Positions 1-12,784 of a stretch of 64,000 nt of DNA are shown here, in pieces (the stretch's first letter is position 1; every line of letters starts with the position of its first letter). Position numbers and translations under genes: made by a program. The DNA is from Felis catus. Taxonomy: Eukaryota. The notes beneath the pieces are model-generated. The model ran no database searches and was not told where the DNA came from. It saw nothing but the letters and a program-made list of their open reading frames with translations. The stretch covers positions 12,338,001-12,402,000 of the forward strand of contig NC_058368.1 in assembly GCF_018350175.1 (NCBI RefSeq), read 5' to 3'.

Positions 1-1449
1 CTTGAACTAGGTGAGAGGTGCTCCCTCTAAGGGAGGGAGTAGACATTATTATGAGAAGCCTGAGCTTGAAAGTGGATAATCAGTACTTGAAGGTGGAGAC
101 TTCCAGTGTCTTCAAATGCAAGATTGGGATCAGTAAGCAAAGAGACTTTCTGGGTCACTGAAAGGAAAGGAGATTTTGTTCAGGGATCCCTGATCTGATC
201 CTCTGATCCAGCTTTCTACACTCCTCCCCCCCCCCCCCCCCAGTGACTCCCCTGCCTCCCACTTCCTCTCCTGAGAATGTCATCCTGCTGACAATGAGTA
301 TGAGTCAAAAACCAGGATGTTTGTAAACATCCCCTTAATGCAAGGGCTTGGATTGTTAGGGTAAATTCCTCCTAAATGGGGATGCGAGTCCTTGCTTGCT
401 GTGGCTGGCAAGAAGTCAGCCTTCCAAGTCTAGCAGGATCCTACTCCATGTGCTCTTTGTAAGGGCGGCAGTGGACCCCAGGAAAAGGGAAGGCAGAAGA
501 GATGGGCTCCTGTTCCCACCCTGCCTGCCACCTCACCGCCAATGCGTTTCTTCTGTATTTTGACTAAGTACACTGGAAAGGTAATCTACTTTCATATTAA
601 TGGCTTCAGGTGTATAATCTCTGAATTATAGCTGAAGGGCTAGGCCCATTTGGGGTAAGTGAATTTACCAATTGTGAAGATCTAATCTAATAAATATACT
701 TTCAATGCCATACTTATAGAAGGCCTTCCACTAAACACACCACAGGATACATGCTTCCAGCTCTCCAGCTACCACTGGTTTCTAGCAGCACAAATGACTA
801 CAATCAAAAACAGGATCTGAGACCAGCAGGGGACAGAGTGCAGCTGTGCTTTGAGGGGGGAGGATCACATCTAGGTTGGGGGGTGGGAGTGGGAGAATCC
901 AGAAAACACGATTAGGGTGGTAGCATTAAAGTTTGCGAAGGTTTTGCACAGGCAAAAACGGGGGCGGGGGGACACTTGAAAGAGAAGGACACTCTTAGAG
1001 TAGAAACGATGAGCTCTAGGGCAAGGCAAGCTCAGGAAATAGCGAGGTATCCGGTTCTGCTGAAGCATAGGGACCTGGCGAATCACAGGGTTTGAGACTC
1101 CAAAGACGGGCTGGAGCCCCACTGTGGTGTGGCCTTGAATGCTGGGAGGGGTGGGGGGTGTTTAATACTGAGTTCAATCAGCAATCATGAGCCCTGGGAG
1201 GTTTGGGAACACAGGTGTAACATAATCTGAGCAGCGAGGTCTCATAACCATGTTTAGGGTGGATTATAAAGGAGACAGCAGGTAGACTGACCCACTACTG
1301 CAATAATGTAAGCAAGAGGTCATGAAGCTCAAACTTGGGGGATGAGGGTAAGGCAAGGAAGGGTGCTGGCAGCAACTGCATAGATATGAGAGTCGAGGGA
1401 GATGAGTTAAAGAAAATGCCACTTGGAAGATTTTTTCCAGGAGATATTT

Positions 1450-1600
1450 GCAGACATATATATGAACACGTATAAGTTTTTATTTCAGCATTAGCTGTAA
1501 TTGCAAAGGACTGAGAACTGCACAATGCCCACCAATAAGGAACTTATAATTTATGGTATATTCATATAATGAAATACTGTACAGCCATTTAAAATATATA
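1450..1600 (+). mobile_element. Old L1M 3' fragment
   Basis: Degenerate L1 3' motif 'tatggtatattcatataatgaaatactgtacagccatttaaaa'. Confidence 0.55.
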
Positions 1601-1769
1601 TGCAGCTACGAGAAAAGCCATTGTAGAGTACTGACGATGGGCACCAGAATGGCAGTGTGTAACCATGGCAGAGGAAGAAAAATATTGGGGAGTGGAATAT
1701 GCACTAGGAGGGGGCCTCAGAATGTGGATTCTACTCCCACATTGGCACCTGCGTTCGCCAGAATCAGGA

Positions 1770-1821
1770 CAACCTAGATTTGTGCAGTGTACAACCTACT
1801 CAAATATATGTGGCAGCTATG
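1770..1821. mobile_element. MER91-like hAT-Tip100 fragment
   Basis: 'tgtgcagtgtacaacc...tggcagc' resembles the recalled MER91 terminus. Confidence 0.35.
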
Positions 1822-2136
1822 CCCATGACCACCAACTGCAAGGTGCCACAAACCTGCCTAATTCAGCCCTGCCCATTTTCATGGTCAGAAGCCCAATACC
1901 CAATGTGCCTGGGCAAATCAATACTTGAAAAAGGAACACCATTCATGTTGGAGACAAAAATACTTTTCAGGATTATACCAGATAGCAAAGCAAATGGTCT
2001 GACATCCGAAGCTTCCCATTTTTATGAAACTCTGAGCACAAGAAGTCAGTTAGGCATCAAAGCCACATCTATGCCCAGGTGTAAGTGCATTGCAAACTCA
2101 CAAACCAAGCACAGCAGTAATAATTGGGACTCATAT

Positions 2137-2866
2137 GTTGAAATGCAAACCAGAACTACAATGAGATACCACCTCACACCCATCAGAAGGGCTAAAATTA
2201 AAAAAAAAAAAAAACAAGAAACCACAGGCATTGGTGAGGATGTGAATTCCTTTTTAGGAATCCTTTTGCACTAACAGTGGGAAGGCAAACTGGTGTAGCC
2301 ATTGTGGAAAACAGTATGGAGTTTCTTCAAAAAATTAGAAGTAGAACTACCCTACGATCCAGAAATCACACTACTGCGTATTTAACCTCAAAATACAAAA
2401 ACACTAATTCAAAGGGATATATGCACCCATATGTTTATTGCAGCATTATTTACAATAGCCAAACAATGGAAATAGTTCAAGTGTCCATCGATAGATGAAT
2501 GGATAAAGATGTGGTGTGTGTATATATGCTATATATAATGGAATATTATTCAGCCATAAAAAGAATGACATCTTGTCATTTACAACCACATGGATGGAGC
2601 TAGAGAGTATAATTTTAAATGAAATACATCAGAGAAAGACAAATACATATCATCTCACTCCTATGTGGAATTTAAGAAACAAAACAAGTAAGCAAAGGAA
2701 AAAAAAAAAAAGAGAGACAAACCAAGAAACAGACTCTTAACTATAGAGAATAAACAGATGGTTACCAGAGGGGAGATTGGGGAGATGGGAGAAACAGGGG
2801 ATGGGGATTAAAGAGTGTACTTGTGATGATAAAAAAAAAATAAGATGATAAAAAAAGAAAGAAAGA
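2137..2866 (+). mobile_element. 5'-truncated carnivore LINE-1 (ORF2 C-terminus, 3'UTR, A-rich tail)
   Basis: Encodes [21 protein letters not shown], typical of the L1 ORF2p C-terminus. Followed by L1 3'UTR motifs and an A-rich tail. Confidence 0.92.
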
Positions 2867-3730
2867 AACCGGAACCAGGTGAAGAAATGGTAATGACTTT
2901 GCAGAGAGGAGAGCAAACCTAAGTGCTTATAGGGAGGGCTAATGAAGAGAAGATTCAAGAAGATTCAAGATTCAAGTAAAAGATTCAAGTAAAAGCTGGA
3001 CCTCTATACAGTGGAACTAGCTCAGTCTAAGGGGCAGCTAGATCTGACAGTCCTTGGTTCCATCCTCTCCGCAACACATGGAAAAGGTGCAACATATATG
3101 GTTTATGGAAATAACAGTATAGCCCTAACCTCAGGGACCCCTTACAGAGTAGGGCAAAGGTGAAGTAACAGATTAAGTGATATTCCACAGACTGTATGGT
3201 TCAGGCCCCCCAGTTCCCTTTCTTCTAATTAGCTCTGGGACAGCAGAAACCAGGCTTATATCCCTGGAAGTTTATATATGGAAGCTCATTCTCTGCAGAG
3301 ATAAAACACCTTAAAAAAAAAAAAGATAGAGTCCAGCCTCTCAGAAGGGGTGCAAAAATTCAGCAGCAAGCCCTGGGGTCTACAACAGCCAGCTGTGGTT
3401 TGAAAGGGCACCCACAGGAAGGGTCCAAGGGGCTCCCTGGGGATTTTTTCTTTTTTGCAGAGAGCCAGGCCTGACGATTCAATGTTTCTCGTCAGCTCTA
3501 GAGAGAGGAACACATACTGAGGAACCAGGGACTTCAGCGAGGAACACTGCACATCAAGGCAAGAGATGTTCAGATGTAACAACGGGTAGACAACATGCCT
3601 TGTGCACAGAATCTGTGCAAGAGCAAATTAAGAGTAGTATTTTGCAACTGGTGAGAACAGTATGGCTTCCGGGATACGAGTACGCTGGTTCTTTAATGCA
3701 GTGAAAAAACTGCCTTTTATGTTCCAAATG

Positions 3731-3915
3731 CCTGGGTTCAAATCTGGACTCTGCCAGCTACAAGCTGAGTGAGTTTGGGCAAGTTGCTTGAGATCCCTCA
3801 TTGTTAAATGGAAAATAATAATATTCCTCTTGGGCTTGTTGTGAACATTAAGTGGGTTAATACATGTAAATTGCTGGGAATGCAGCTTGGCATAAAGATT
3901 CAATACGTACCATTC
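3731..3915 (+). mobile_element. MIR SINE
   Basis: MIR core 'cctgggttcaaatctggactctgcc...gggcaagttgctt...ttgttgtgaacattaagtgggttaatacatgtaaa'. Confidence 0.75.
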
Positions 3916-4402
3916 CATAGTTAGAATTTTAAAGCATAGGTGATTACGACTACACTTACAGGGCTGAATATGATTAATCGCGATTCAAGAAACAGAACTC
4001 TGCAAGAACAGCTAATGGCAGTACTCGTCTGTAATTTACTCTAAAATACTTGGGTCTGTATGGTGCAGAGTTATGTGTGTGTCACTTGGGTTCAGTTCTA
4101 GCATGCTGCTAGCATCTAACCAAGCATTCAAAGTCCGAGATAGTCTCGCTGGTTTCTAAAGAGGGAGCTGCACGGCGGGACCTGCCGATAGAAGCCCCAC
4201 TGGCACCACCACTCCGTCAACAATCTCCAGTTGGCATTCTGAGCGTCAAAAAGAGGTTGCAACTGGTGAAAATTGTTACTGTCGCCTAGTGTGCTTGGTG
4301 GCCTCAAGGTATTCAAGAAATATGGACTGGCTAAAAGTATTTCAGTGTAAAATCCAGTACCTGTGTCTCCGGTGACAATGCCCCAGTCTAAATCCCAAAA
4401 TA

Positions 4403-4930
4403 GTCCTAGACGTGTTATCAACATGAATTGGTCAAAAGGTTCTGGGGAGAGTAGATCATCTTTTGCTTTAAAACTGCTTATTTTGCTTCCATTATTTACC
4501 AAAAAGAACCTAAGAGTTATGCACGACCAATGTAATCACTGTACGTTCACTTAGCCACGATTTCCTGGAGAGTTCGGCTGGTCTGACGCTGGCTACAAAG
4601 GTGACAGAATCTGTATTTGGAATCTGGGTGCTTGCCTCAAGCCTCTCTCGACTCTTTCTGTAAGGCTGTGGTTGAAGCATCTAGAAGAAAAGTGAAACAC
4701 TGGGACTTGCATGCAAACAGGTTATGTGAACTGATTTACATGTGGGGGTTTTGTTTGCTTCATAAGTGTCTGTATTATCTGGCAGAATTTGGTCCTATGT
4801 TTGGTTATCAATATGACTTGATTATGAGGTTGGGAGAGTAGCTGACCCTCTTTTGCTTCAAAATTTCCTCTTTGGCTACTATTATTTAGCAAAAAGAACC
4901 TAACAGTTGTGCATGACCAATGTGACCATT
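4403..4930. repeat. Diverged ~140-bp direct duplication (4403-4540 / 4792-4930)
   Basis: 4459-4533 and 4849-4923 align ungapped at 63/75. Similarity extends upstream with small gaps. Confidence 0.85.
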
Positions 4931-5329
4931 TTATTTACTAATAAAGGCAGCATGAGACGTGGAACCCATAGGACATTGAAGAAGATTAGCAAACATTCCA
5001 AAGTTTGCTTGACCAAAGATCCCAGGACAAAGAGGTTTATTTTGGTCATATCTGCTTTAGTTATTGGATTCTAAGAAATTCACCAATCTCTTGGCAAAAA
5101 GGAATTAGAGAAAAAACACACCAGAAGGGTACTGTATATTATTTATATGATGTTGTGAATATATTCATAAATATGAAAATACAGTTCCCATCCTGTAAGA
5201 TGGGTTCATTCCTTTTTTTAATAAATTGTTATCTTTACAAAGAAATCAAAGAATATCTAACACATTCTAATAACTAATAAAACAACCTTCAAGATACTTT
5301 ACAATAATTTTAATTACACCAAATAATGC

Positions 5330-5645
5330 TCTGTAAAAATTCAAACAAAAGTCTATTTTTATTTACAACTCCTAATTCTGCTTCTCTCTCTAGAGGTTAT
5401 CACTAGTAATAGTTTAGTGCCTATCTTCCAAACTTTATAGATATAGTCATAGGTCTTTATAGGTATATAACATACACATACACATATATACATATATCTT
5501 ATATACGTAAAACATACACGTATATGTCTACACATATATGTACATATACACCCATTAGGAAACTCTTTTTATATGAATAGAATCCAATTATATGTATTAT
5601 TCAAAGACTTATTTTGTTTACTTAACAATATGTCTTGGAGATCTT
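5330..5645 (-). mobile_element. Old L1ME-like 3'UTR fragment
   Basis: Degenerate L1ME-type motifs 'tagaggttatcactagtaatagtttagtg' and 'tacttaacaatatgtcttggagatctt'. Confidence 0.5.
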
Positions 5646-6933
5646 CAGCTGAACAAATAAAGCTACTAGCTTAATCCGATGGAACCCAAGTGACTATTAA
5701 TCTAATGTCTGATACCAGGGAGGCCAGACCAAGAAAGTTGCAGAGCTCCAAAATGAAGTCAGAAACATGCTTGTGCCTTTCTGGGTGAGTCACTTGTCCA
5801 CCTGAGTTTGAGAGATCTGTCCCTGCTGTTCCTCTCTAATAGTTTTACATCCTGAGCAATATGGTGGAATAGATGGATAAATGAGTGACCACACAAACTC
5901 ATAAATGAAAAAAATTAATTGAATAAAAATTCAATTTCTTGACTTGTTTCAGGTGACTGTCTCACTAGCATGCACACAGGTATTTGGAGTATGGCTTTTC
6001 TCTACCCCATTTTAAGCAGAAAATAAATACCACCTTCTACTGCTGAGTTAGTCTTCCTTACGGCAATGGCAATGTCAAATTTCCAGATTTGCATATTAGG
6101 TTGCTTGGGTGCACATGCACTGAGAGCATAGGCGAGAAGCGACATGTACTCGTCTGCAGGGGTCCCACAGACAGGTACAGGCACATGCAGTTATGCACAA
6201 TAAGGGTTTTGTGACTTCTCACAGTGCCTAGTGTCATGGAGCCCATTTTCAAGTTGCAACTTGTAGTTTTCAGGTTCTCAGGATACTATGCATGCCTCCA
6301 ACACAATTTCAGTAGCAAACATTCCAGGTAATGTCGAAAACCAAACAAACGCATGTTTATATTGTGCTCTAAAAACAAACTCTCCACAAATCAAGCATTT
6401 AACATTCCTAAATAGGGATCACAATCTATCACATAATGTCTACTACATTTACATTCCTTTCTTTTTTTGGAAAAGAACGGTACCTTTCGTCATAAAATTA
6501 ACAAAATTTCACTTTGCCTTTAGTACATGATGTTTAAAATGGAGAGTTCTGTGAAGCCATTATGTTTTTAGATTGAGGCAACCTACCCCCACCTCTGATA
6601 TATTCTAATTTTGAAGTAAATCAAGGTAATTGGCTCAGCTGCTTGGATTATTGACCCTGATCCCTGATTTTTTTTAAACTTTCTTTATCTAAGAAGATTA
6701 CATAAGAAAAATCTGACAGCAGATCTGCAGCATGAGGACCCTCAAAATGCACCGGATGAGTAATGACAGCTGTACATGGAATTCAAATGATAAGAACTTA
6801 ATTCCACATCATGTACAGCTTCAAAATGTCAGCGCTGTCTTATCTATCTGGATGTTCCACTGTACATACGCGATTTCGATTTCAGTATTTGTAAAATTCC
6901 AGAAGCTACACACTTCTGGCTTACATTACCTAA

Positions 6934-6972
6934 AGAGAGAGAGAGACAGGGAGAGAAAGAGAGAGAGAGAGA
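6934..6972. repeat. Imperfect (GA)n microsatellite
   Basis: Direct inspection. Confidence 0.85.
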
Positions 6973-7059
6973 TTGAGAAATAGGGGGAAATTTTTCATCA
7001 GCAAAAAACAAACCGTGCATTAAAAAAGAAGAAAGATCATATGGATAAGAATAACTGTT

Positions 7060-7315
7060 GGGGCGCCTGAGTGGCGCAGTCGGTTAAGCGTCCGACTTCA
7101 GCCAGGTCACGATCTCGCGGTTCGTGAGTTCGAGCCCCGCGACAGGCTCTGGGCTGATGGCTCTGGGCTGATGGCTCTGGGCTGATGGCTCGGAGCCTGG
7201 AGCCTGTTTCCGATTCTGTGTCTCCCTCTCTCTCTGCCCCTCCCCCGTTCATGCTCTGTCTCTCTCTGTCCCAAAAAAAATAAATAAACGTTGAAAAAAA
7301 AAATTAAAAAAAAAA
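7060..7315 (+). mobile_element. Young cat-type CAN-SINE (SINEC_Fc) with an internal 14-bp triplication
   Basis: tRNA-derived head with CpGs intact, CT-rich region and A tail. Perfect TSD aagaataactgtt at 7047-7059 and 7316-7328. Confidence 0.97.
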
Positions 7316-9284
7316 AAGAATAACTGTTGTAACTAATATAAGCGATGAAAGAAAAAAAAAATCTCCATCAAGTCAACATCTTTCCTACGAATCTGACGCT
7401 CTGGAGAGCTAGTTGGCTTGTAGTTTCTGTTACCAAGGAACAAAACCTACCCTGGATCTCTGGTGGTAGGGAAGGTATGTGGAGTTTTGGCATTCAGCAG
7501 CCACAGACCAGAGAAAAGTCAACAGTGAGGCAGAAAGTATAAACTACCTGCTGGGGAGAGGCCAATTTCGTGCACTGTGTTCATGACAGTTCTGCAAGAA
7601 TGGATTTGCCTCTTGGAATCTGGCACTACTATTCTTCAGGATTGTCTACTAATTCCATGCTTGTATTCTCCTTTCACCCCCACTATCTACTAATCCTTGA
7701 ACTGTAAACATCAAATCTTACACTGGTTTAAATTTTCAATGGTGTTATCTTTAATTCTGGGCAGAGAATTCCAGAATTCCTTTGTGTAACACTTAGCACA
7801 GAGGCTTGCTTTAATTATGATGCTAATGGACATCTACAATGCAGCCCCAGTTTGGGGGAACAAAGCCCCTGGTCACACAGCAAGCCAGGCTGAGCACTTA
7901 CTGAACTGAATTTCTTCCACTGTTTTGAAGATTATGTCACCTATCATTGCCTCATCCAATTTGTATGTAGCCCAGAGTTTTGACTTTTATTTAGGCTTAC
8001 CATCAAAAATTGGATTATGCAACGCATTTTCTACACCCCCCCCCCCCCCCGCCCAAAATCTAGTATCTCTTTTAAAGTTCATTTTGCAATTTCAGGGAAG
8101 AGGCAGGCCTAAAGTAGATTCTGAAACTATAATGAACGTCATCTTTTCACAACCTCCCAAACCAAAAGCACATACCTCTTTTTTTTTTCTTTTTGGTTCC
8201 TATCTGACTACTTTCTAACAACAACTCCACATGATTTGATTGAAGCCAACTTCAAAACCAAACTTGGAGGCATACTTATCTAAAAGGTTCAGGAATCCTA
8301 GGCTCCCAAACTTGTTTTTCATTTTGCTGTGAAGTGTGGGTGGCCATGAGCATTCCTGGCGGCTATAAGGCATTTGCTAATGTATTTGACTTTTAAAGTT
8401 GTTAATCATACTTATCAACACGGGCAAGCAGCACTGGCCACAAAAGATTAGCTACTCTACTGTAATGCTCCCCGTAATCCGAACACAGGAATGTCAGCGT
8501 GGACTGATAACTACCGTAGCCAGTTCCAGCCTTCAGTGACTTCAGACCTTATTAAAAACCTTAGCTTTTAATAAATCCCAGATTTTCTTTTCTATCACCT
8601 TACACACCCACATACACACACACACACATGCTCTCATGCGCGCAACCACATACATCCCCCTTTCTCTTGCGATGGTAGCTAAGATGGGACGCTCACAGTG
8701 CTATACACTGTGTAGGTTTTTTAAACAACTAGAATGTTCTTTAGAACACCACCCATATTTTGAGTTTCAAGGTGGCCTTTACTGTCAAGCGATTCAGGTG
8801 CTACTGACCTCATAAGAAAAATGTGTACAACAATCAGCAAGAGCCTGGTTTCCAGGGAAACTAAACCTTGTTTAAATCCTTTGGAAGCATTAAATTCAAA
8901 CTATAGTTTTTCCCACGAGACACACAAACCATTGCTCCTTAGGAAAGAATATATTTAGAGAACAAGAAAATGCTTTGTCCATCTCAGAAGTGAGAGCATC
9001 AGAGATTTCAAGAATAGAATGAGTATTCTAGAAAAAAAAGGGGGGTACCTAGAGCTGAGCCCTGCTAGTCTCTGATTGGTAGAATCCTGCTTTCACTTAA
9101 GGGACTCTTCTTTAAACAGAGCATGTGTTTCATCAACAGACTTACTTCTGTTTTGTTGGAGTCATGCTAAAATTCCCATGTTTGAAGCATGGCCTCTGTT
9201 CTTCTTAGCTCATCTTAACACTGCAAGGCTAGTATTAGCTTTACCTCTATAATCCAAAACAAAACCAGTAAAGGCTCATCTTCT

Positions 9285-9480
9285 TCTTCTTCTTTTTTAA
9301 TGTTTATTTATTTTTGAAAGAGATAGATTGTGAGCAGGGGAGGGGCAGAGACAGAGGGAGACACAGAATCCGAAGCAGGCTCCAGGCTCTGAGATGTCAG
9401 CACAGAGCCTGACACAGAGCTTGAACTCACGGACCACGAGATCATGACCTGAGCCGAAGTCGGACGTTTAACCGACTGAT
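9285..9480 (-). mobile_element. Feliform CAN-SINE, slightly 5'-truncated
   Basis: Reverse SINE body; TSD ggctcatcttct at 9273-9284 and 9481-9492. Confidence 0.95.
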
Positions 9481-10629
9481 GGCTCATCTTCTATTTCAAC
9501 CCTCAGCCAACTCTCCACATAATGCCTTCCAGGTAACTTCTAAACATTTACTTTATACTATATCATGATTTTTTTAAATACCAAACCTGATGACCCTGTT
9601 GTTTTTTCTATCATATCATAGAGTTTGGAGCCATAGTGCTTGGACATAATAATGCTCACCATATTAGAGGTCAGTTTCATCACTTGGAGATGTGGCTGCT
9701 TCATGGGTTGGATGGGATTGAAGACCTATGGGATTGGAAGACTATGGGAAACTGAGAAATCTCATTTTCCAGGTGTCTTCCAAGGAAGATTAAGGTATCA
9801 TTTCCCTAAAGTATTGGAGTGCAGACCATTCCAAAAACAGAGATGGATCAGAAAGCTTCTTGGGATGAACAGTATGATTGATTAGTAATATTTGATCATA
9901 TGCCACCTTTCACAGCTCATACAACATGAGATTTGAAAAGACAGCTCCCACCTCCTCCAGGTCACTGTTTCTGGGGACATGTGCAAACTGAGTACAGATC
10001 TAGCACTTGTGGAGGGGAGGGCAAACTGGAGACATCCCCCACCCTCATGACTTTAGAGCTTCCTACCTCCTACCACCATTGCATCGCCCAGCCTCGTCAA
10101 AACCCTCTCTGTCCAGCCTGCTCCTGCCAAATGTGCCACTTGTCAGGCTGAGCAATGGGGAGAAAAGGGCCATTTATTTTCTGGGCAGGAAGTCGGTGTG
10201 CTGTGAGGGCACAATGACTTCATGAGGACCAGTAGGCCATAGATCCATCCGAGTCAACGAGAAGCCTCTCCACCAAGACTCTTCCACTCATTGCTGTGCT
10301 AGGTATAACAGGACCATCATTTGATGGCTCTTCCAAAACAAGAAGATTCAGGAGGACAGCTCAGAGAGAGTGAGAGAGGACAGGGCAGCCCCTGCTGAGA
10401 ACACCACTGAGCCAGAGATAAGGCAGATCTTCATTAAAAATATTTTCAAAGTTAAGCTTACATTACTTTTCTACCAAAATGCAGCTTTACCGAAAAACTA
10501 CCAGCCCAGGAACTGTGCTGGAGCTAAAGATAAATAAGGCATGGTTCTGTCGTTCGGCAAGTCCTCAGCCTAGCAAGGCAGGTAAATCAAGAAGTGCTTA
10601 TTTCTAAAGAGAAGGCCAAAAGATATTAA

Positions 10630-10671
10630 TATTTATGAAGTGTCTGCTTAATGGCAAAGCTTGGGGCAAAC

Positions 10672-10725
<54 letters not shown>

Positions 10726-10850
10726 CATTTTATCCCCACTTTACAGATAAGGAAACTGAAGCTCAGATGTGAGGGGTGCCGAAGCCACACAGAAGTCGCC
10801 TACTCTATTCAAAACTAGGTCTCACTCCAAAGCATGTCATTCCAAAGCCT
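10630..10850 (-). mobile_element. MIR SINE containing a (CA)n tract
   Basis: Reverse MIR core 'tatccccactttacagataaggaaactgaagctcaga'. Confidence 0.75.
10678..10723. repeat. Perfect (AC)~23 microsatellite
   Basis: Direct inspection. Confidence 0.95.
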
Positions 10851-11579
10851 GTGTGTTCCTACACTTCACTTGTCTGACTTACAGCAACCTGCTTATTCTC
10901 TCTGCTAAATAAAATACAAGAAATGTTGCAAATAGCTTAACACCACAAAGGTACTCTATAAATTCAAGATGGCGTTATTGTGACATAGCTGCTTATCTTC
11001 CATTCAGTTGTCTGTGAAGAACAGATGGCAGTTTCTGTATTCTTTAAACCTGGTTTTGTGATTTCGATATTAAAAAGACAGAAGAATACTCTGTGATAAA
11101 TACGGATTAGGTCCCATCATGCTACGCTTGGTTGTACTGAACAATACGGTGGTGGAAAACCTGAGATGACGTGTGAGATGACGTCTGTGAGAAGAAAATC
11201 TAACGGTAAACCTAGATTTTGGATGGCTCTAAAAATAAGGGCATCGGAAATATACAGAATATGTTCTTTCCCTAATTTTAAAAATATAACAGACATGTAT
11301 TTAGCATGACTATTGTATATAGAGTACTACGTAAGATGCGAGGGGGCTGGATATGAGAATAATGAAAAGAAACCTCAAGATAACTTTCCACAGGGTGAAG
11401 GAGATGATGACCATGTGGTATGTCCCAGCTCAAGGGTGTGACTGCAGGGTAGGGAGTCGGGGAGGGGTCCGGTAAGAAAATAAACAGCTGTAAGATTCCA
11501 CATTGAAGCGCTGATGGGCAGAGGGATCACTTTAAATCATATGCCTGCAGCACCGTATCGAGAACTTATAATCAGACCC

Positions 11580-11800
11580 CTGTCCCTGCTTTAATTTTTT
11601 CCTCCAGGGCACATTTCACCTTCTGCCACTCTTGGCTCACTTATTTGGTTTAACGTCCATCTCTGCTCTGAATAAAAGCTCTATGAGGCAGGGATTCTTT
11701 TTCTTTTGTACACAGATATATCTTTAGTGGCTGGAACAGTGCCTACCCCATAGTAGTCACTCAAATGTGTAGCGAATGATAAATGAATCATAAATTGATG
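11580..11800 (+). mobile_element. L2 3' end
   Basis: 'aagctctatgaggcagggatt...ctggaacagtgcct...tagtagtcactcaaatgtgtagcgaatgataaatgaat'. Confidence 0.75.
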
Positions 11801-11948
11801 CACACACATGGAAACCAGGTGAGGGAGCAAACTTAAAGGCCGGCAAATGCTTACAAACAATAAGGGAATGAGCTTCCTTGAGGGCACGAAACATATCCAT
11901 CTGAAATTCAGGGTAAAAAAATCTGGAATAATTTATTATTTTACATAC

Positions 11949-12020
11949 TAGACAATGAGTATTAGTTCGTTCTAGATAATGAGTATTAGCTGGGTGTAGA
12001 CAATGAGCATTAGCTATAAG
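11949..12020. repeat. 3 x 24-bp minisatellite with a 17-bp conserved core
   Basis: TAGAYAATGAGYATTAG at 11949, 11973 and 11997. Confidence 0.85.
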
Positions 12021-12403
12021 AATGAAGATGACCCCTTATAAAAATTAATGTATTTAAAATACCATATCTTCAGAAAGCAGATGACTGAAAGCTATCTAGG
12101 TTCTGATCCCAACAGATTACTCCATCACTCATCTTTTCTACAATTAACAACATAGGTAAAAGAACAGCCTCTTTATATTAACAGAAAATGTTTGCCTTCT
12201 ATGAAGTGAACACAGAACGAAGCGTTCTTACAGAGGCTGCAAGAACAGACAGAACTTTATATGAATATCGGAGGACCAGTTAGATGGATTCACCATAGTC
12301 TTCACATCCATTGAAAGAGTAAACTGTCCCAGCCCCATCCATGTAGGCCCGGAAGAATGTCCAATAGCATATGGACTACTGAAATGAAAACACTCATCAA
12401 CTT

Positions 12404-12784
12404 TTTAAAAATTAATTATGGCAGATTACACAAAAAAATTTATCATTGTAACCATTTTTAGGTATACAACTCAGTGGCATTAAATACATTCACAGTTCTG
12501 CACAACCATCACCACCATCAATCTCCAGAATGCTTTTCATCTTGCAAAACTGAAACTCTGTCCTTATTAAACAACTCCCCGTTCCCTCCTACCTCAGTCT
12601 CTGGCAACCACCATTCTATTTTCTGTCTCTGAGTTTGACTACTCTAAGTACCTGGTGTAAGTGGAGTCATACAGTATTTTCCTTTTGTGACTGGCTTATT
12701 TCACTTAGCATATTGTCTTCCAGGTTCATCCATGTTGTTGCCGTGACAGGATTTCCTTCCTTATAAAAAGGCTGAATAATATCA
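12404..12784 (-). mobile_element. L1MB-type 3' end
   Basis: Reverse L1MB 3'UTR motifs; TSD tcatcaactt at 12394-12403 and 12785-12794. Confidence 0.9.

Noticed and set aside
315..334. TGTAAACATCCCC matches the 5' part of miR-30d and sits in a small palindrome
   Set aside because: The match stops after 13 nt and there is no pre-miRNA hairpin; at most it is a forkhead-like motif.
1780..2274. 164-aa ORF
   Set aside because: Chance read-through into an L1 ORF2 C-terminal remnant and a poly-A run.
2948..2994. Short gattcaag tandem duplications
   Set aside because: Ordinary slippage repeats with no further structure.
4128..4502. 124-aa ORF in unique DNA
   Set aside because: Non-ATG start, no recognisable domain, and it overlaps the local duplication.
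7060..7145. tRNA-like A/B-box sequence
   Set aside because: It is the tRNA-derived head of a CAN-SINE, not a tRNA gene.
11949..12020. Repeat-spacer pattern resembling CRISPR
   Set aside because: Mammalian DNA, 7-bp spacers, three units and no cas genes.
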